A stretch of DNA of 64,000 bases from Phaeosaccion multiseriatum (lineage: Eukaryota > Protista > Ochrophyta, other classes): assembly GCA_965112735.1 (NCBI GenBank), contig OZ218950.1, positions 248,001-312,000 of the forward strand, written 5' to 3'. Shown here in pieces: positions 44,347 to 56,248 of this stretch. The notes below the pieces were generated by a model that did not search any database, was not told where the DNA came from, and saw only the letters and a program-made list of their open reading frames with translations. Every line of letters begins with the position of its first letter. Position 1 is the stretch's first letter. Position numbers and translations under genes: made by a program.

Positions 44347-45105
44347 CATGGGCGCCGGTCAGAAGCAGGCGGAGAAAGAGGTGTCACTCACTTGCCTTAA
44401 CATGCAGTAAGCATATGGGAATAGACGCGACTTTTTTCCCCGTGGGAGGGTGGACTTGGATACACACAATATTATTACATTGTCCATTATTTTCGTTTCA
44501 TTGTCTGATGCCATGAGCTCCCCCCCCTCATGCCTGGTGCATAAGCTCCCTCCCGTTATGCCTGCCTGGGCATGAGCTCCCCCCTCCTCCTCCCCTGAGG
44601 TCCTCGCGACTCGCTCTTCACTGGACCCTCCGGCGGCAGTGCAGCGAAGGGCAGTGACAGGTATATCGGTCACTCACTCACTCACTCACTCACTCACTCA
44701 CTCACTCACTCACTCACTCACTCACTCACTCACTCACTCACTCACTCACTCACTCACTCACTCACTCACTCACTCACTCACTCACTCACTCACTCACTCA
44801 CACTCTCACTCGCGCTCACTCACTCACTCTCACACACACACCTCTACTACACGCACATCACCTACTGTGTGTGCGTGCGTGCGTGCGTGTGTCTGCACAG
44901 AGTGTGCGCACATTGTGTGATCTCTGGTGGAGCTATCTATCGATATCGATTTAAAATCGATATCGATTTAATCAATACAATTGATCCTCACCTCGCGTCG
45001 ATAAGAATAACTGAAACCGGTTTGTGTGCTCAAAGATCGGTTCCACAGTATGCAGTCGGGCCTTCACACCTTACTTGACAACCCCCCCTCCCCCACCGGC
45101 AGTTA

Positions 45106-46211
45106 CTACTTGCTCTTGGGCGTCTCCTCGGGACAGGAGCCCCCCCCCCGCCTCTGCGCCACAAGCTTGGCGCCAAGCATTCTGCAGGCGGCATTGGCCG
45201 TTGGTTACGCAGCAGTTGGTTCCGCAGCAGTTGGTTCCGCAGCAGTTGGTTCCGCAGCCGTTGGTTCCGCAGCCGTTGGTTCCGCAGCCGTTGGTTCCGC
45301 AGCAGTTGGGTTTTACGCAGCCGTTGGTTCCGCAGCAGTTGGGTTTTACGCAGCCGTTGGTGCGCAGCAACCGTTCCATCGCGAGGGGAAGGTAGACGAG
45401 GAGGAGGGGGGAGCCGAAGCGGGTGAGAAGGAGAGAGAGTAAGACAGTATCTAGTGAAGTGTAATGGAAAGCGAGTGAATTCCTCGGATGTTTGTTTCCT
45501 TCCCCTCCCTCCCTTCCTCCCTCCCTCCTTCCTTCCTTCCTTCCTTCCTTCCTTCCTTCCTTCCTTCCTTCCCTCCTTCCTTCCTTCCTTCCTTCCTTCC
45601 CTCCTTCCTTCCTTCCTTCCTTCCTTCCTTCCTTCCTTCCTCCCCCGACCACCCAAGCACGCACCCACCCCACAATCATGGCGGGCAGGTAGTAAAGCGC
45701 CACACTGGAGGAGCCCGTCGTCCCCACCATAACCGCTGAGTGAGGAGGGAAGAAGTGGAGCATATGAGAGGGAGAGAGGAGGGAGGAGGGAAGGAAGGAA
45801 GGGAGGGGGTGGTTGGGTGAGTGACAGAGGAGTGGTGGAGGAGGGAAGTGAGCGAGTGAGTGTGTGTGTGAGTGAGTCGGTGTGTGTGTGTGAGTGAGTG
45901 AGTGAGTGAGTGAGTGAACGAGTGAGTGAGTGAGTGAGTAAGTAAGTGAGTGAGTGAGTGAGTGAGTGAGTGAGTGAGTGAGTGAGTGAGTGAGTGAGTG
46001 AGTGAGTGAGTGAGTGAGTGCGTGAGTGAGTGAGTGAGTGAGCGTGCCTCAGGTGCCGGAACCGACCCTCTCCTACCTGGCCCCGGACACATGCCGCCGA
46101 CGGCCCATCCTACCCCGAAGATGGCGGCCCCGAGGACGAGCTTGGCATCCACCACTTTGTTCGTCGGTATCTGTGAGGAGAGAGACAGACAGACAGGCAG
46201 ACAGGCAGACA

Positions 46212-46242
<31 letters not shown>

Positions 46243-46245
46243 GGG

Positions 46246-46282
<37 letters not shown>

Positions 46283-48196
46283 GGGGTCAGTTCCGATTGC
46301 CTCTTTTGGGGCCACCCATCCAAGGCAGTAAGTCAGCAAGTCATTGAGTAGTTCTTCAGCGGCACAACGTCCTCCTACCTGGAAGCTCGTGGGGCACCCT
46401 GCCGTGAGTGCGTGTGTGCCCTCGCCACCCTCGGCCTCCGCCTTGGGAGGGCCACTGGAAGAGCCACCGGTAGGAGCGAGGAGGGGTGCACCCTCTGCCC
46501 GCTTGGGAGGGGCACTTTCTGCAGCAGCAGCGAGGAGGGGCTTGTCAAAGCGCTTCGTGATGAAGCGGAAACCAAAGAAGCACAGCGGTACCGCAGACCC
46601 CATGACGAACATGAGGGAAGGGTCCCAATTATCGGGACCCAAAGTAAGGAAGTTCCAGATCTTGGCTCTGTCGCCCATGCCCTGAGGGAAGCAACAGTTA
46701 CAAAACAACAGTTACAAAAGGAGAGGAGAGGAGGAGGGGTCGAGATGGGGTAGGACCAGGCGTTAGGTGGGCATGGAGGGCGCTCGTGCCATTGGGATGG
46801 ATCAAGAGGAGGAGACCAACCCAGACATTCCCGAGTTTCAAAGACAACCCCTTTGGTCTGCGCTGTCCTGTCCTGCCCATACACCTCTACTCTACCCTGC
46901 CCTGCCCACGCAGCTCTACTCTACCCTGCCCTGCCCATACACCCCTTCTACCCTGCCCTACCCATACACTTCTCTCACCGAGATGCCCAGGCCGACTGAG
47001 AACATCGCCCCGCACAGCGCCGACACCCACGACGTGTTGAATCCTATCCGCATCTCAGTGCCCTTCGCCAGAGCCAACACCGCCGCTGCCAGGCTCACGG
47101 CCCTTACGGTGTCTGACTTGGGCTCGACGAGGGACCCGACGGCGGGGGAGCCCAGCAGTTGGTGATACGCGAGGGTGGTGGAGTTGATGACACCGACAGA
47201 CATGAAGGTAGCGACAGCGACGATGCTGCGCTTGGAGAGGCGAGACAGCCCCGAGATACCGTGGCCGCTGAGGGAGGAGGAGGCAGGAATGGAGTGGTGG
47301 TGGTGGTGGTGGTGGTAGTGGTGGTGGGGAGAGGGGCGGGAGGGGGGGTTAGGGAGGGTGGAATGGCAGGAGGGAGAGGATATGAGGGAGAGGGAGAGAG
47401 GGAGAGAGGGGAGAGATGGAGAGAGACACCTTTGCCGACATTTGTGTGTAGTGTGTTTGTTTCCCTCTCTACCCTGCGTGTGTGTGTGTTCCTCCAGCTC
47501 GTCTTGCCTGGTGCATCCGTTTGCCAGCCTGGTCCCGAAGCCCACGAGCAGTCCCCCTGTCATGAGCTGCAGGGGTGAGGAGGACACGCCTCCTAGTCCC
47601 ACACAGCCGGGCAGCAAAGAGTCGATGGCTAGAGAGCCCAGCACGAAGCCTGGGATAGAAAGAGGGTGAGGAGGGAGGGTGAGGAGGGAGAGAGGGGGGG
47701 AGGGGGGGAAGGCAGCCAACGCCCGCACAGGAGGCAAAATTCCTTCCAAGATCAGAGCCATACTGAGCCAAGCCACTCAGACGACAAAGAGCCACAAAAA
47801 GAGCTTCTTTCTTTCTTCCTCTTTCTCCCTCTCTATCTACGACATCTCTCTCTCTCTCTCTCTCTCTCTATGTGCGTCAAGCTCTCGGCGTTAGTAGTGC
47901 TATCGCACGTGCCTGCAGCGTAAGGGCCCTTCCAGTAGAAGGTAGACGAGAAGTCCTTGGACCCTAGCATGTCGAAGAAGCCCGACAGACCAGTGAGTCT
48001 CCCCGTTGCCAGCACTGTCGACGCAGAGGCGGAGGGAGGGGCATATGGTAAGCGGAGAAAGAGAGGAGGGGAGGTTTATGAATCGGAAAGTGACGCGGGC
48101 AAACTTACGGTAGTAGCACGTCGAGACGCCCAGGATAAGCCCTCCCGCAGAGGCGGGTAGTGGCGAGAATGTCGTGGGTGTTATCGGCAACTCCAT
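45106..48196 (-). CDS. YeeE/YedE (TsuA/PmpAB-like) sulfur-compound transporter, fused two-module form
   Basis: Exons 48196-48109, 48014-47913, 47649-47508, 47267-46979, 46681-46379, 46170-46077, 45735-45669, 45181-45106. Motifs: [74 protein letters not shown]. Confidence 0.9.
45206..45362. repeat. 15-16-bp tandem repeat (GCAGC(A/C)GTTGGTTCC) in last YeeE intron
   Basis: About 10 units seen directly. Confidence 0.9.
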
Positions 48197-48412
48197 GGCT
48201 GCTAGCAAGGTTGCACGACAGGAGATGATGCGGAGTGTATAAAGGGCACAAGACTTTTTTTTCGGAAATCAGGCGGAGCGGAAGGGATATCCGTATCGAT
48301 ATCCGGAAGGTCGCCAGAAAAGGCGGAAAGGCCGCCAAAAGTACGACGTAAGGCAATGAAGAAAGAGCTGGCGCGGGGGGAGGAAGGGGAGAAAAGGAGA
48401 TCATTATCAATC
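48197..48412. promoter_or_regulatory. Putative bidirectional promoter between YeeE/YedE and CoADR-rhodanese genes
   Basis: 216 bp separate the divergent ATGs. TATAAA at ~48238; CGGAAGGGATATCCGTATCGATATCCGGAAGG at ~48279-48310. Confidence 0.55.
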
Positions 48413-49390
48413 ATGAGTGAAAGGAAGAGAGTGATCATCGTTGGAGGAGTGGCGGGGGGCGCGTCTACAGGTGAGGATGGAGAGAAGAGAGAGAGAGGGA
48501 GAGAGAGAGGGGGGAAGGGAGAGGAGGAACAAAGAATAAATGTCCTGAACTCGTATCGAACAGGAGCGAGGCTCAGGAGGCTCGAGGAGGATGCGGAGAT
48601 CATCATCTTTGAGAGAGGCCCCGACCCTTCCTTTGCCAACTGTGGCATGCCCTACTACATCGGTGCGTGCGCTCTGAACTTTTACTTTTGGTTCGTCTAA
48701 AGTCCACGTAAACCCACCCTCCACCCCTCCCCTCTCTGAAGCGAGCACTACAGTAGCCAATCCTCTACTGTCTACTTCAACCCAGCCTCCTGTACTCCTC
48801 TTTCTGTTGAGTGCAGGTGGGGAGATTGAAGACAGGAGAAAGCTCAACGTGCAGAGCGCGGCATCGCTCAAGAGGAGACTGAACCTCGACGTGAGGGTCC
48901 GAACAGGTACTTGCTTGGCCTACTTCAGGGGGGAGAAAAGTGGAAGGGAGAGGTTTTGTGAGAGGCAGCAGCAGGCAGCCGCAGGAGCCAGCAGCAGGGT
49001 GGACAGTAATGACTGCTGAGAAAGAAAGAGAAAGCGACAATGTCGGGGGGGGGGGGATTTCCAGACTGAGATGCATACGTGAACCCCTATCCGCCGCTCA
49101 ACTCGTTTGTTCCTGCCGCCCCCCACACATTACTGCAAAGAGGTGGTGTCAATCGATAGAGAGGCCAAGACGGTGGAAGTTCGCCCTGTGGGCTCGGCCG
49201 TGACGACCACGGAGACCTACACGCACCTCGTGTTGAGCATTGGCGCACAGCCCTTCACCCCTCCGATACCGGGCATCGACAGAGGTACGCGTGTCTACGT
49301 GTGAAGTGAGATTGATTGATTGGTTGTGCGGTGAGACAGAACAGACAAGGCGTCTCTTTCTGCCCGTCTCCCTCCCTCCCTCCCTCCCTC

Positions 49391-49444
<54 letters not shown>

Positions 49445-49445
49445 T

Positions 49446-49495
<50 letters not shown>

Positions 49496-50491
49496 TCCTC
49501 GCCTGATGGCTACTCAGTCTACGCTGGGCCTGTCACCTGCCGTCCTTTCCTCCTCCTCCTCCGCTCGTTGTATGCTTACACCTAAAAAAGCCCAATTGCA
49601 GTTGCGTTTGTGACACCCAAGCACTCATACCACGCACCACCGTGACGATCGTTCCGCGACCTTGCCCCAGACACCAACTTCGTGCTCAGAGACCTCACAG
49701 ACATGGACAAGATCTTTGCCCGCCTCACGGGAGGGACGAGGGACGGCCAACAAGAGGGCTGCCGAAAGGCCGTCATTGCGGGTGCGTGTGTGCGTATGTG
49801 CGTGTCGAGTACCCTTCGTAGATGCTTCGTATGTGTCAGTCCCCAGAAGCAGAAGCAGGACGTTGTGGGTGCACGCGCATGTGTGTGGGTGCGTGTGTGT
49901 GTGTGTGTGCGTGTGTGTGCGTGTGTGTGCGTGTGTGTGTGTGCGTGTGTGTATGTGTGTGTGTGTGTGCGTGCGTGTTCTCACAACCACTCCTTTCCTC
50001 ACCCCTCCTCTGCAGGGGCGGGCTTCGTGGGTCTGGAGATGGCCGAGCAGCTGCAGCGGCGTGGGCTTGACGTTCACCTCGTGGAGGCGGCCCCGCAGGT
50101 GCGTGCTGGCCCCTCCACTCACTCACTCTCCCACGCACTCACTCACTCCCTCACTCACTCACTCACTCCCTCACTCACTCACTCCCTCACTCACTCACTC
50201 ACTCACTCACTCACCCACTCACCCACTCCGTCACTCACTCACTCACCCACTCCCTCCCTCCCTCCCTCCCTCCCTCCCTCCCTCCTCGAAGGTGTTGACT
50301 CCTCTCGACCCCGAGATGGCCGCCCTCTGCCAGGTGTGTGCGTGCGTGTGACGTTAGGGGAAGAGAATCAAAGAATTCAAGCATCTGGCGATGTAACACT
50401 GCATATGATCTTTGTCCACCCCATCCTCGCCCTTGCCCTCTTCGTGAATGACTGACTGACTGACTGGCTGGCTGACTAAATGAATGACTGT

Positions 50492-50528
<37 letters not shown>

Positions 50529-51660
50529 TGACTGACTGACTGACTGACTGACTGACTGAATGAATGAATGAATGAACGAATGAATGACTGACTGCCTGAC
50601 TGCCTGCCTCCCTGGCACGCCTGCAGGTTGAGCTGGAGAGCAAGGGCGTGAAGGTGTACACGAACTCGCGTATCGAGGCCTTCGAGGAGCACACAGCCTC
50701 ACAGGACCCGTGAGTGTGTTCGTGGCTGTGAGCGCGCGCGTGCTCTTGCTAGGGCGCTTCTTTCTGTCCTGGGCTGCAATGCCACACATGGCTGACTCTC
50801 TCCCTCCCTCCCTCCCTCCGTTCCTGCCTCTCCCTCCCTCCCTCCCTCCCTCCCTCCCTCCCTCCCTCCCTCCCTCCCTTCCTCCCTTCCTCCCTCCCTC
50901 CCTCCCTCCCTCCGTCCCTCCCTCCCTCCCTCCCTCCCTGCCTGCCTGCCTGCCTGCCTCCCTCCCTCCCCTCCCCTCCCCTCCCCTCCCCTCCCCTCCC
51001 CTCCCCTCCCCTCCCCTCCCCTCCCCTCCCCTCCCCTCCCTCCCTGCCTCTGCCTGCCTGCCTCTGGCTACCTCTCCGCGTGCATGGCAGCCACGCTCTC
51101 ACAGATGTTGTCATCCAAGGCGGAAGGCGTATTCCCTGCTGCCTGGTGCTGCTTGGGCTCGGGGTCAGGCCGGACACCCAACTTGCCAAGGACGCAGGGA
51201 TTGAGCTCAACGACAGAGGAGGTGAGACAGCGAAGGCTCACAAAGGGCGACGATTTTGAGCATTTCGAGGCAGACCAAAGTCGTCTCTGACGCATCGAGA
51301 ACCAGGCCGTCACTGCTGCTGTGGATGTGTGCCAATAGCCGTCTCCCTTTCCCCCTTTCTCCCTCTCCCTCTCTCTCCCCATCCCCCGCCCCCCTCCTCC
51401 TCTCTCTCCCTCTCCCTCTCCCTCTCCCTCTCCCCCTCCCCCTCCCTCTCCCCCCCACCTCTCCTATCTCGCAAACGGTCGTCGCCAAAGGCATAATCGT
51501 GGATGCCAACATGCGCACCAACGACCCCAGCATCTTTGCCGTCGGGGATGCCGTAGAGGTGGCCAATGCAGTGACTGCGGGTGGCAAGTGGATGGTCCCT
51601 CTTGCAGGACCGGCCAATCGGCAGGGGAGACTCGCAGCGGACAATATCGCTGGGTTAGAG

Positions 51661-51700
<40 letters not shown>

Positions 51701-53779
51701 TTGTGTGTGTGTGCGTGTGTGTGTGAATGTGATTGTGTGTGCGTGCGTGTGTGTGTGTGTGTGTATGTGCGTGTGTGCATATGTGTGTGCATATGTGCGT
51801 GTGTGTATGTGCGTGTGATTGTGTGCGTGTGTGTGTGCGTGTGTGCGTATGTGCGTGTTTGCGTGTGTGTGTGCGCGTGTGTGTGCGTGTGTGTGTGCGC
51901 CACCAACTCAACTCACCAGAGCCAGCCAGCCCTGTGTGGCCAGCCCTGTGGCACGGATTAGTCTGACTCTATTCCGTCCTGACACCAATGAGTCCTTCCT
52001 GTCCTGACACTGAGTGGCTCGAGGAGGCTCCTAAAGAGGGGCCAATACAAGACAGTGCAAGATCGAGGCGTGTGCGGACAGGAGAGAGTCCAAGACCAGA
52101 GCGAGCCTGCATCCTTACTCTCTTCCCTCTCTTCCCTCTACCCCCCCGGATCTCCATAAGTCAATGAACCCCCCCCCCCCCCATCTCTCCCCTCCTCTCA
52201 TACGTACAGAGTCGGTCCTACCGCGGCTCGTTCGGTACGTCGATCCTCCGCGTCTTCTCCCTCATGGCTGCTTGCACGGGGCTCAGCGAGACCGCCGTGA
52301 AGCAAGAGCTAAGGGAGGGCAAACGGACCAAGGGCTACCACACCGTCCACCTGCACCCCTCCAGCCATGCCGGGTACTACCCAGGGGCCGCACCCGTACA
52401 CCTCAAGATTGTCTTTGAGAAGGGGTCCGGGAAGCTGCTGGTGAGGGAGAGGCGGGGTGGGGCGGGCGGGAGGGAGGGAGGGAGGGAGGGAGGGAGGGAG
52501 GGAGGGAGGGTGGGAGGGAGGGAGGGAGGGAGGGAGGGAGGGAGGGAGGGAGGGAGGGAGGGAGGGAGGGAGAGAGGGAGGGAGGGAGGGAGGGGGTGGG
52601 TGGGTGGGTGGGTGGGTGAGGAGGTGAGAGAGAGAGGAGAGGGAACTACTGCCAAAGAAGTCAAGACTACCAAAGAGATGAATCCGAGAGTCCTCTTGCT
52701 CCCTTCCGACTCCCTTCTGGCTTCCCCCTGGAGAGTGGCGTCCGAGTGAGAGCACTCGCTGACTTCCTGACTTTCTCACTCACTCACTCACTCACTCACT
52801 CACTCGCTGACTGACTGACTGACTGACTGACTGACTGACTGACTGACTGACTGACTGACTGACTATCGGACTGACGGACTGACTATCGGACTGACGGACT
52901 GACGAACTGACTGACAACCGGAACCCTTCCCCCCCCCGCCGCCCCAGGGCGCCCAAGCCGTGGGCAAGGACGGTGCCGACAAGCGCATCGACGTGCTGGC
53001 GACGGCCGTGTACGCGGGACTCACAGTCGACGACCTCGCGCAGCTCGAGGTAGGCGAGTTGGTTGTTCGAGTTGTGTGCCGCAATCCGCAATTGTTGGCT
53101 GACCCCTGCTGACCCCTTGGATTGGGTTGTCGCTCCTCCGGCCATAGTCAGTCCCGAACCGTCCATGGCATCGCGACTTATTTTGGAGCGCATTATTGTT
53201 ACTACTCTCTCCCTCTCTCTCTTTGTCTTGTTTCCTTCTGGCCCCTCCGCTCTGCCCGCCCGCCTCTCTCTCTCCCTTTCTTCCCCCCTCTCTCTCTCCC
53301 TCTCTCTCTCCCTCTCTCTCCCTCTGTCTCTTCCTCTCTGTTATTCCCCTCCGCCCAACGCATCGTGAAGTACCATCTACCGCTCTGATCGCCGCGCGTT
53401 GCCGTCCATCCATTGCCATCCATTGCCATCCATTGCTCCCTCTCAGCTGTGCTACTCCCCTCCCGTGGGCTCGGCCAAAGACTGTGTCAACTTCGCAGGC
53501 ATGATTGGTCAGGTGTGTGTGTCTGTGTGTGTTTGTGTGGGAGTGTGTGTGAGTGTGTGTGTGTGTGTGTATGTGTGTGCGTGTGTGGGTGCACTCGGCT
53601 GCTGGGAAAGGATGGCACTCCATGGATCGACAGCTCTCGTAGCTTATCACCACCTGTTGTACTTCGGCTGGGATGATTGTGCCCATCCAGTGAGGGTGGA
53701 GAATGGGTGCATGAATGCCGTATGCCTTCTCACCACCTCTCTTCCTTCTCTTTCTCTCTTGTCTCTGTCTGTCTGTCTC

Positions 53780-53862
<83 letters not shown>

Positions 53863-54547
53863 GGCTGGCTGGCTGTCTGTCTGTCTGTCTGTCTCTCTTC
53901 TCCCCTCCCCTCCCCTCCTTGCCGTTACAGAATGTTTTGGGTGGTCTGGTGAGCGTGGTGCAATGGTCCGAGCTCGAGGCTCTGGCCAAGGACGACGACG
54001 TATTCCTGCTTGACGTGCGCGGCCCTGGGGAGCTCCAGGCCCCCGGGGGAGAGCTGCGCCCCCCGGGGGAGTGTGCCAACATTCCTATTGACGAGCTCAG
54101 GAGCAGGCTCGACGAGGTGAGGGGGGAGGGTAGCAGTTTGAGTTTTGCGTCCGAGTTTGGGTTTGAGTTTGAGTTTGAGCTTGGCAGCAGCAGCGGCGGG
54201 GCGTACGAGATGCCCGCAATACTCATCCACACACTCGTCCACTCATTCCTTTCACTCCCTCGCCTCCATTGGCCTGCTTGCCTGTTTGCTTGCCTGTTTG
54301 CCTGCCTGTTTGCTTGCCTGCTGCCTGCCTGCCTGCCTGTCTCTTGCTTGCTTACTGAGCTTGGGCCCCTCCCTCCCTCCGATGCCCACATCCACAGGTG
54401 CCCAAGGACAAGCACATTGTGGTGTCTTGCCGGACAGGGCAACGTTCCTACTACGGCTGCCGCATCCTGCTGCAGAAGGGCTACGAGAGAGTCAGCAACC
54501 TCTCGGGGGCTTACTTGACCTACTCCTCAACCACCGCCATCAGCTGA
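48413..54547 (+). CDS. CoA-disulfide/persulfide reductase with C-terminal rhodanese domain (CoADR-RHD / Npsr-like)
   Basis: 15 in-phase exons: 48413-48470, 48564-48662, 48817-48906, 49141-49284, 49671-49781, 50016-50098, 50292-50333, 50627-50709, 51091-51221, 51491-51660, 52210-52440, 52948-53049, 53447-53512, 53931-54116, 54398-54547. Motifs: GGVAGG (FAD), SFANCG (redox Cys), GAGFVGLE (NAD(P)H), [34 protein letters not shown]; rhodanese LDVR...NIPIDEL...CRTGQRS. Confidence 0.93.
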
Positions 54548-54561
54548 CCAGCGACAGGCAA

Positions 54562-54790
54562 TTCCTCGCCTCCGCCTCCTTCTCATGTGTCTCCCCACTG
54601 TCCTTATCCCGCTCGTTTCATCTCGCCAACCCCTTGCCCTTGAGTCCGCATGTTGGACGTGAGTGCTGCTCGTTTTCGTAGCGTCTCGGAGCTGCCTCCT
54701 CGACGACACTCAGGGTTAGGGGTTGGCCAGAGGAAACGAGCGGGACAAGTACAGTGGGGAGACACATGAGAAGGAGGCGGAGGCGAGGAA
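54562..54790. repeat. Imperfect inverted repeat (arms 54562-54645 and 54708-54790, ~83 bp; ~62-bp loop)
   Basis: Left arm TTCCTCGCCTCCGCCTCCTTCTCATGTGTCTCCCCACTGT... is the reverse complement of the right arm ...ACAGTGGGGAGACACATGAGAAGGAGGCGGAGGCGAGGAA. Confidence 0.9.
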
Positions 54791-55484
54791 GTGGCGGGTG
54801 GAAGCATTGCGCAGGAGCAGCAGCACGGGAGACGAAGGAGGCCGGCGCACAACAACAACGGCACAGAAGGTGGGAGAAGGAAGGAGAGCGCGGCATCGGA
54901 GAGAAGAGGCTGCGGGAAAGGACAGACGACAGGCGGGCGTGGAAGAAGCAGGGATGCTCACCATCACCATCATCATGTTGGTCTGGCTGCGATGCGTCTC
55001 CGGACTTGAGGTGTTGGGCCTGCAGGTCATCCATGCAGGAAATCGGCTGCCGCGTGGAGGAAGTGGGTGGGAAGGCGAAAGACTCGAAGTCTGCAGGAGA
55101 GAAGAGAGAGGAGGAGAAGGAAGAGGCGGTCACCTAAGGAGACGAAGAGAATTGATGGGCACAGGCACAGCGCGTGCTGCACAGTCGCTTAGCTACCTTG
55201 TTTGTTTGAGGTCCTCTCTTGCAGGCACTGTTGCTAGGGCTGTAGTAGCTGCAGCTGTCTCTGTGAACTGTTGCTCGGGCTGTAGTAGCTGCAGCTGTCT
55301 GTGTGAACTGTGGTGATACATGGGTCGCAAGAGGGAGTATGTATATGCTTCGTAACGGCCTCCCTCGAGCGAGCGGCGAGCGATACATAATCGCGGGAGG
55401 GGCGCAAGCAGACCTGATGTCGCTCTTTAGTTCAGTCTTACGTAAGTCTTGTAAGGAGGGGCGGCAGAGGAGAGGAGGCCCCAC

Positions 55485-55790
55485 GGCGTCTTTTTGTAGC
55501 CAAACTGTATACAAACGGGAGAGTGATGAGTGATAAGGCGTCTTTTTGTAGCCAAACTGTATACAAACGGGAGAGTGGTCTTTTTGTAGCCAAACTGTAT
55601 ATAAACGGGAGAGTGATGAGTGATAAGACGTCTTTTTGTAGCCAAACTGTATACAAACGGGAGAGTGATGAGTGATAAGGCGTCTTTTTGTAGCCAAACT
55701 GTATACAAACGGGAGAGTGATGAGTGATAAGGCGTCTTTTTGTAGCCAAACTGTATATAAACGGGGGAGTGATGAGTGATAAGGCGTCTT
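55485..55790. repeat. 52-bp minisatellite, ~6 units (GGCGTCTTTTTGTAGCCAAACTGTATACAAACGGGAGAGTGATGAGTGATAA)
   Basis: Seen directly; one unit is internally deleted. Confidence 0.92.
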
Positions 55791-56248
55791 CGCACTTCCC
55801 CCTCCCCCCCGTCTCTCTCGGCCACTGTCACGGCACTCTGCCACGGCGCTCTGTCACGGCACTCTGTCACGGCATCAATGGCAGCCTCATCGTCCTCCTC
55901 TTGAGAGAGCGGACGCCCCTACGGTCCCGCGGCAACGGAATAGAAAGGCGATGAAATTATGAACGATGAAATGATGAATGGTGTACCTGTATTAATTTAG
56001 AGCACCAACAATGTGTGTGTGTGTGTGTGTGCGTGCGTGCCCGGTCGGCACTCCCCAGCCGCCGCAAGTGGAAGTGGTGGGCCGCCGCTGAACCTTCACT
56101 GATGAGTCATTGAGACTCAGACTCAAGCCTCCCGGGAGGATTTCAGTTTCAAAAGATCGATCGAAAGCTTCTTTCTTGCTTTGAGTCAACCCATCACTCA
56201 TCACTGAGTCCCCACCCCAGCCTCAGCATCTCTTGCTCTTTCAATGGC

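Noticed and set aside
45030-45450. LRNQ/CGTN/AAVGS repeat ORFs as YeeE last exon or a separate gene
   Set aside because: A 15-bp intronic repeat; the exon at 45181-45106 gives the family-typical end (PAMIVGMLGAKL).
48413-54547. Bacterial contamination as the source of the sulfur genes
   Set aside because: Both genes carry many spliceosomal introns with the same microsatellites as neighbouring algal genes.
55485-55790. CRISPR-like array
   Set aside because: Units are contiguous with no unique spacers, there are no cas genes, and the context is eukaryotic.
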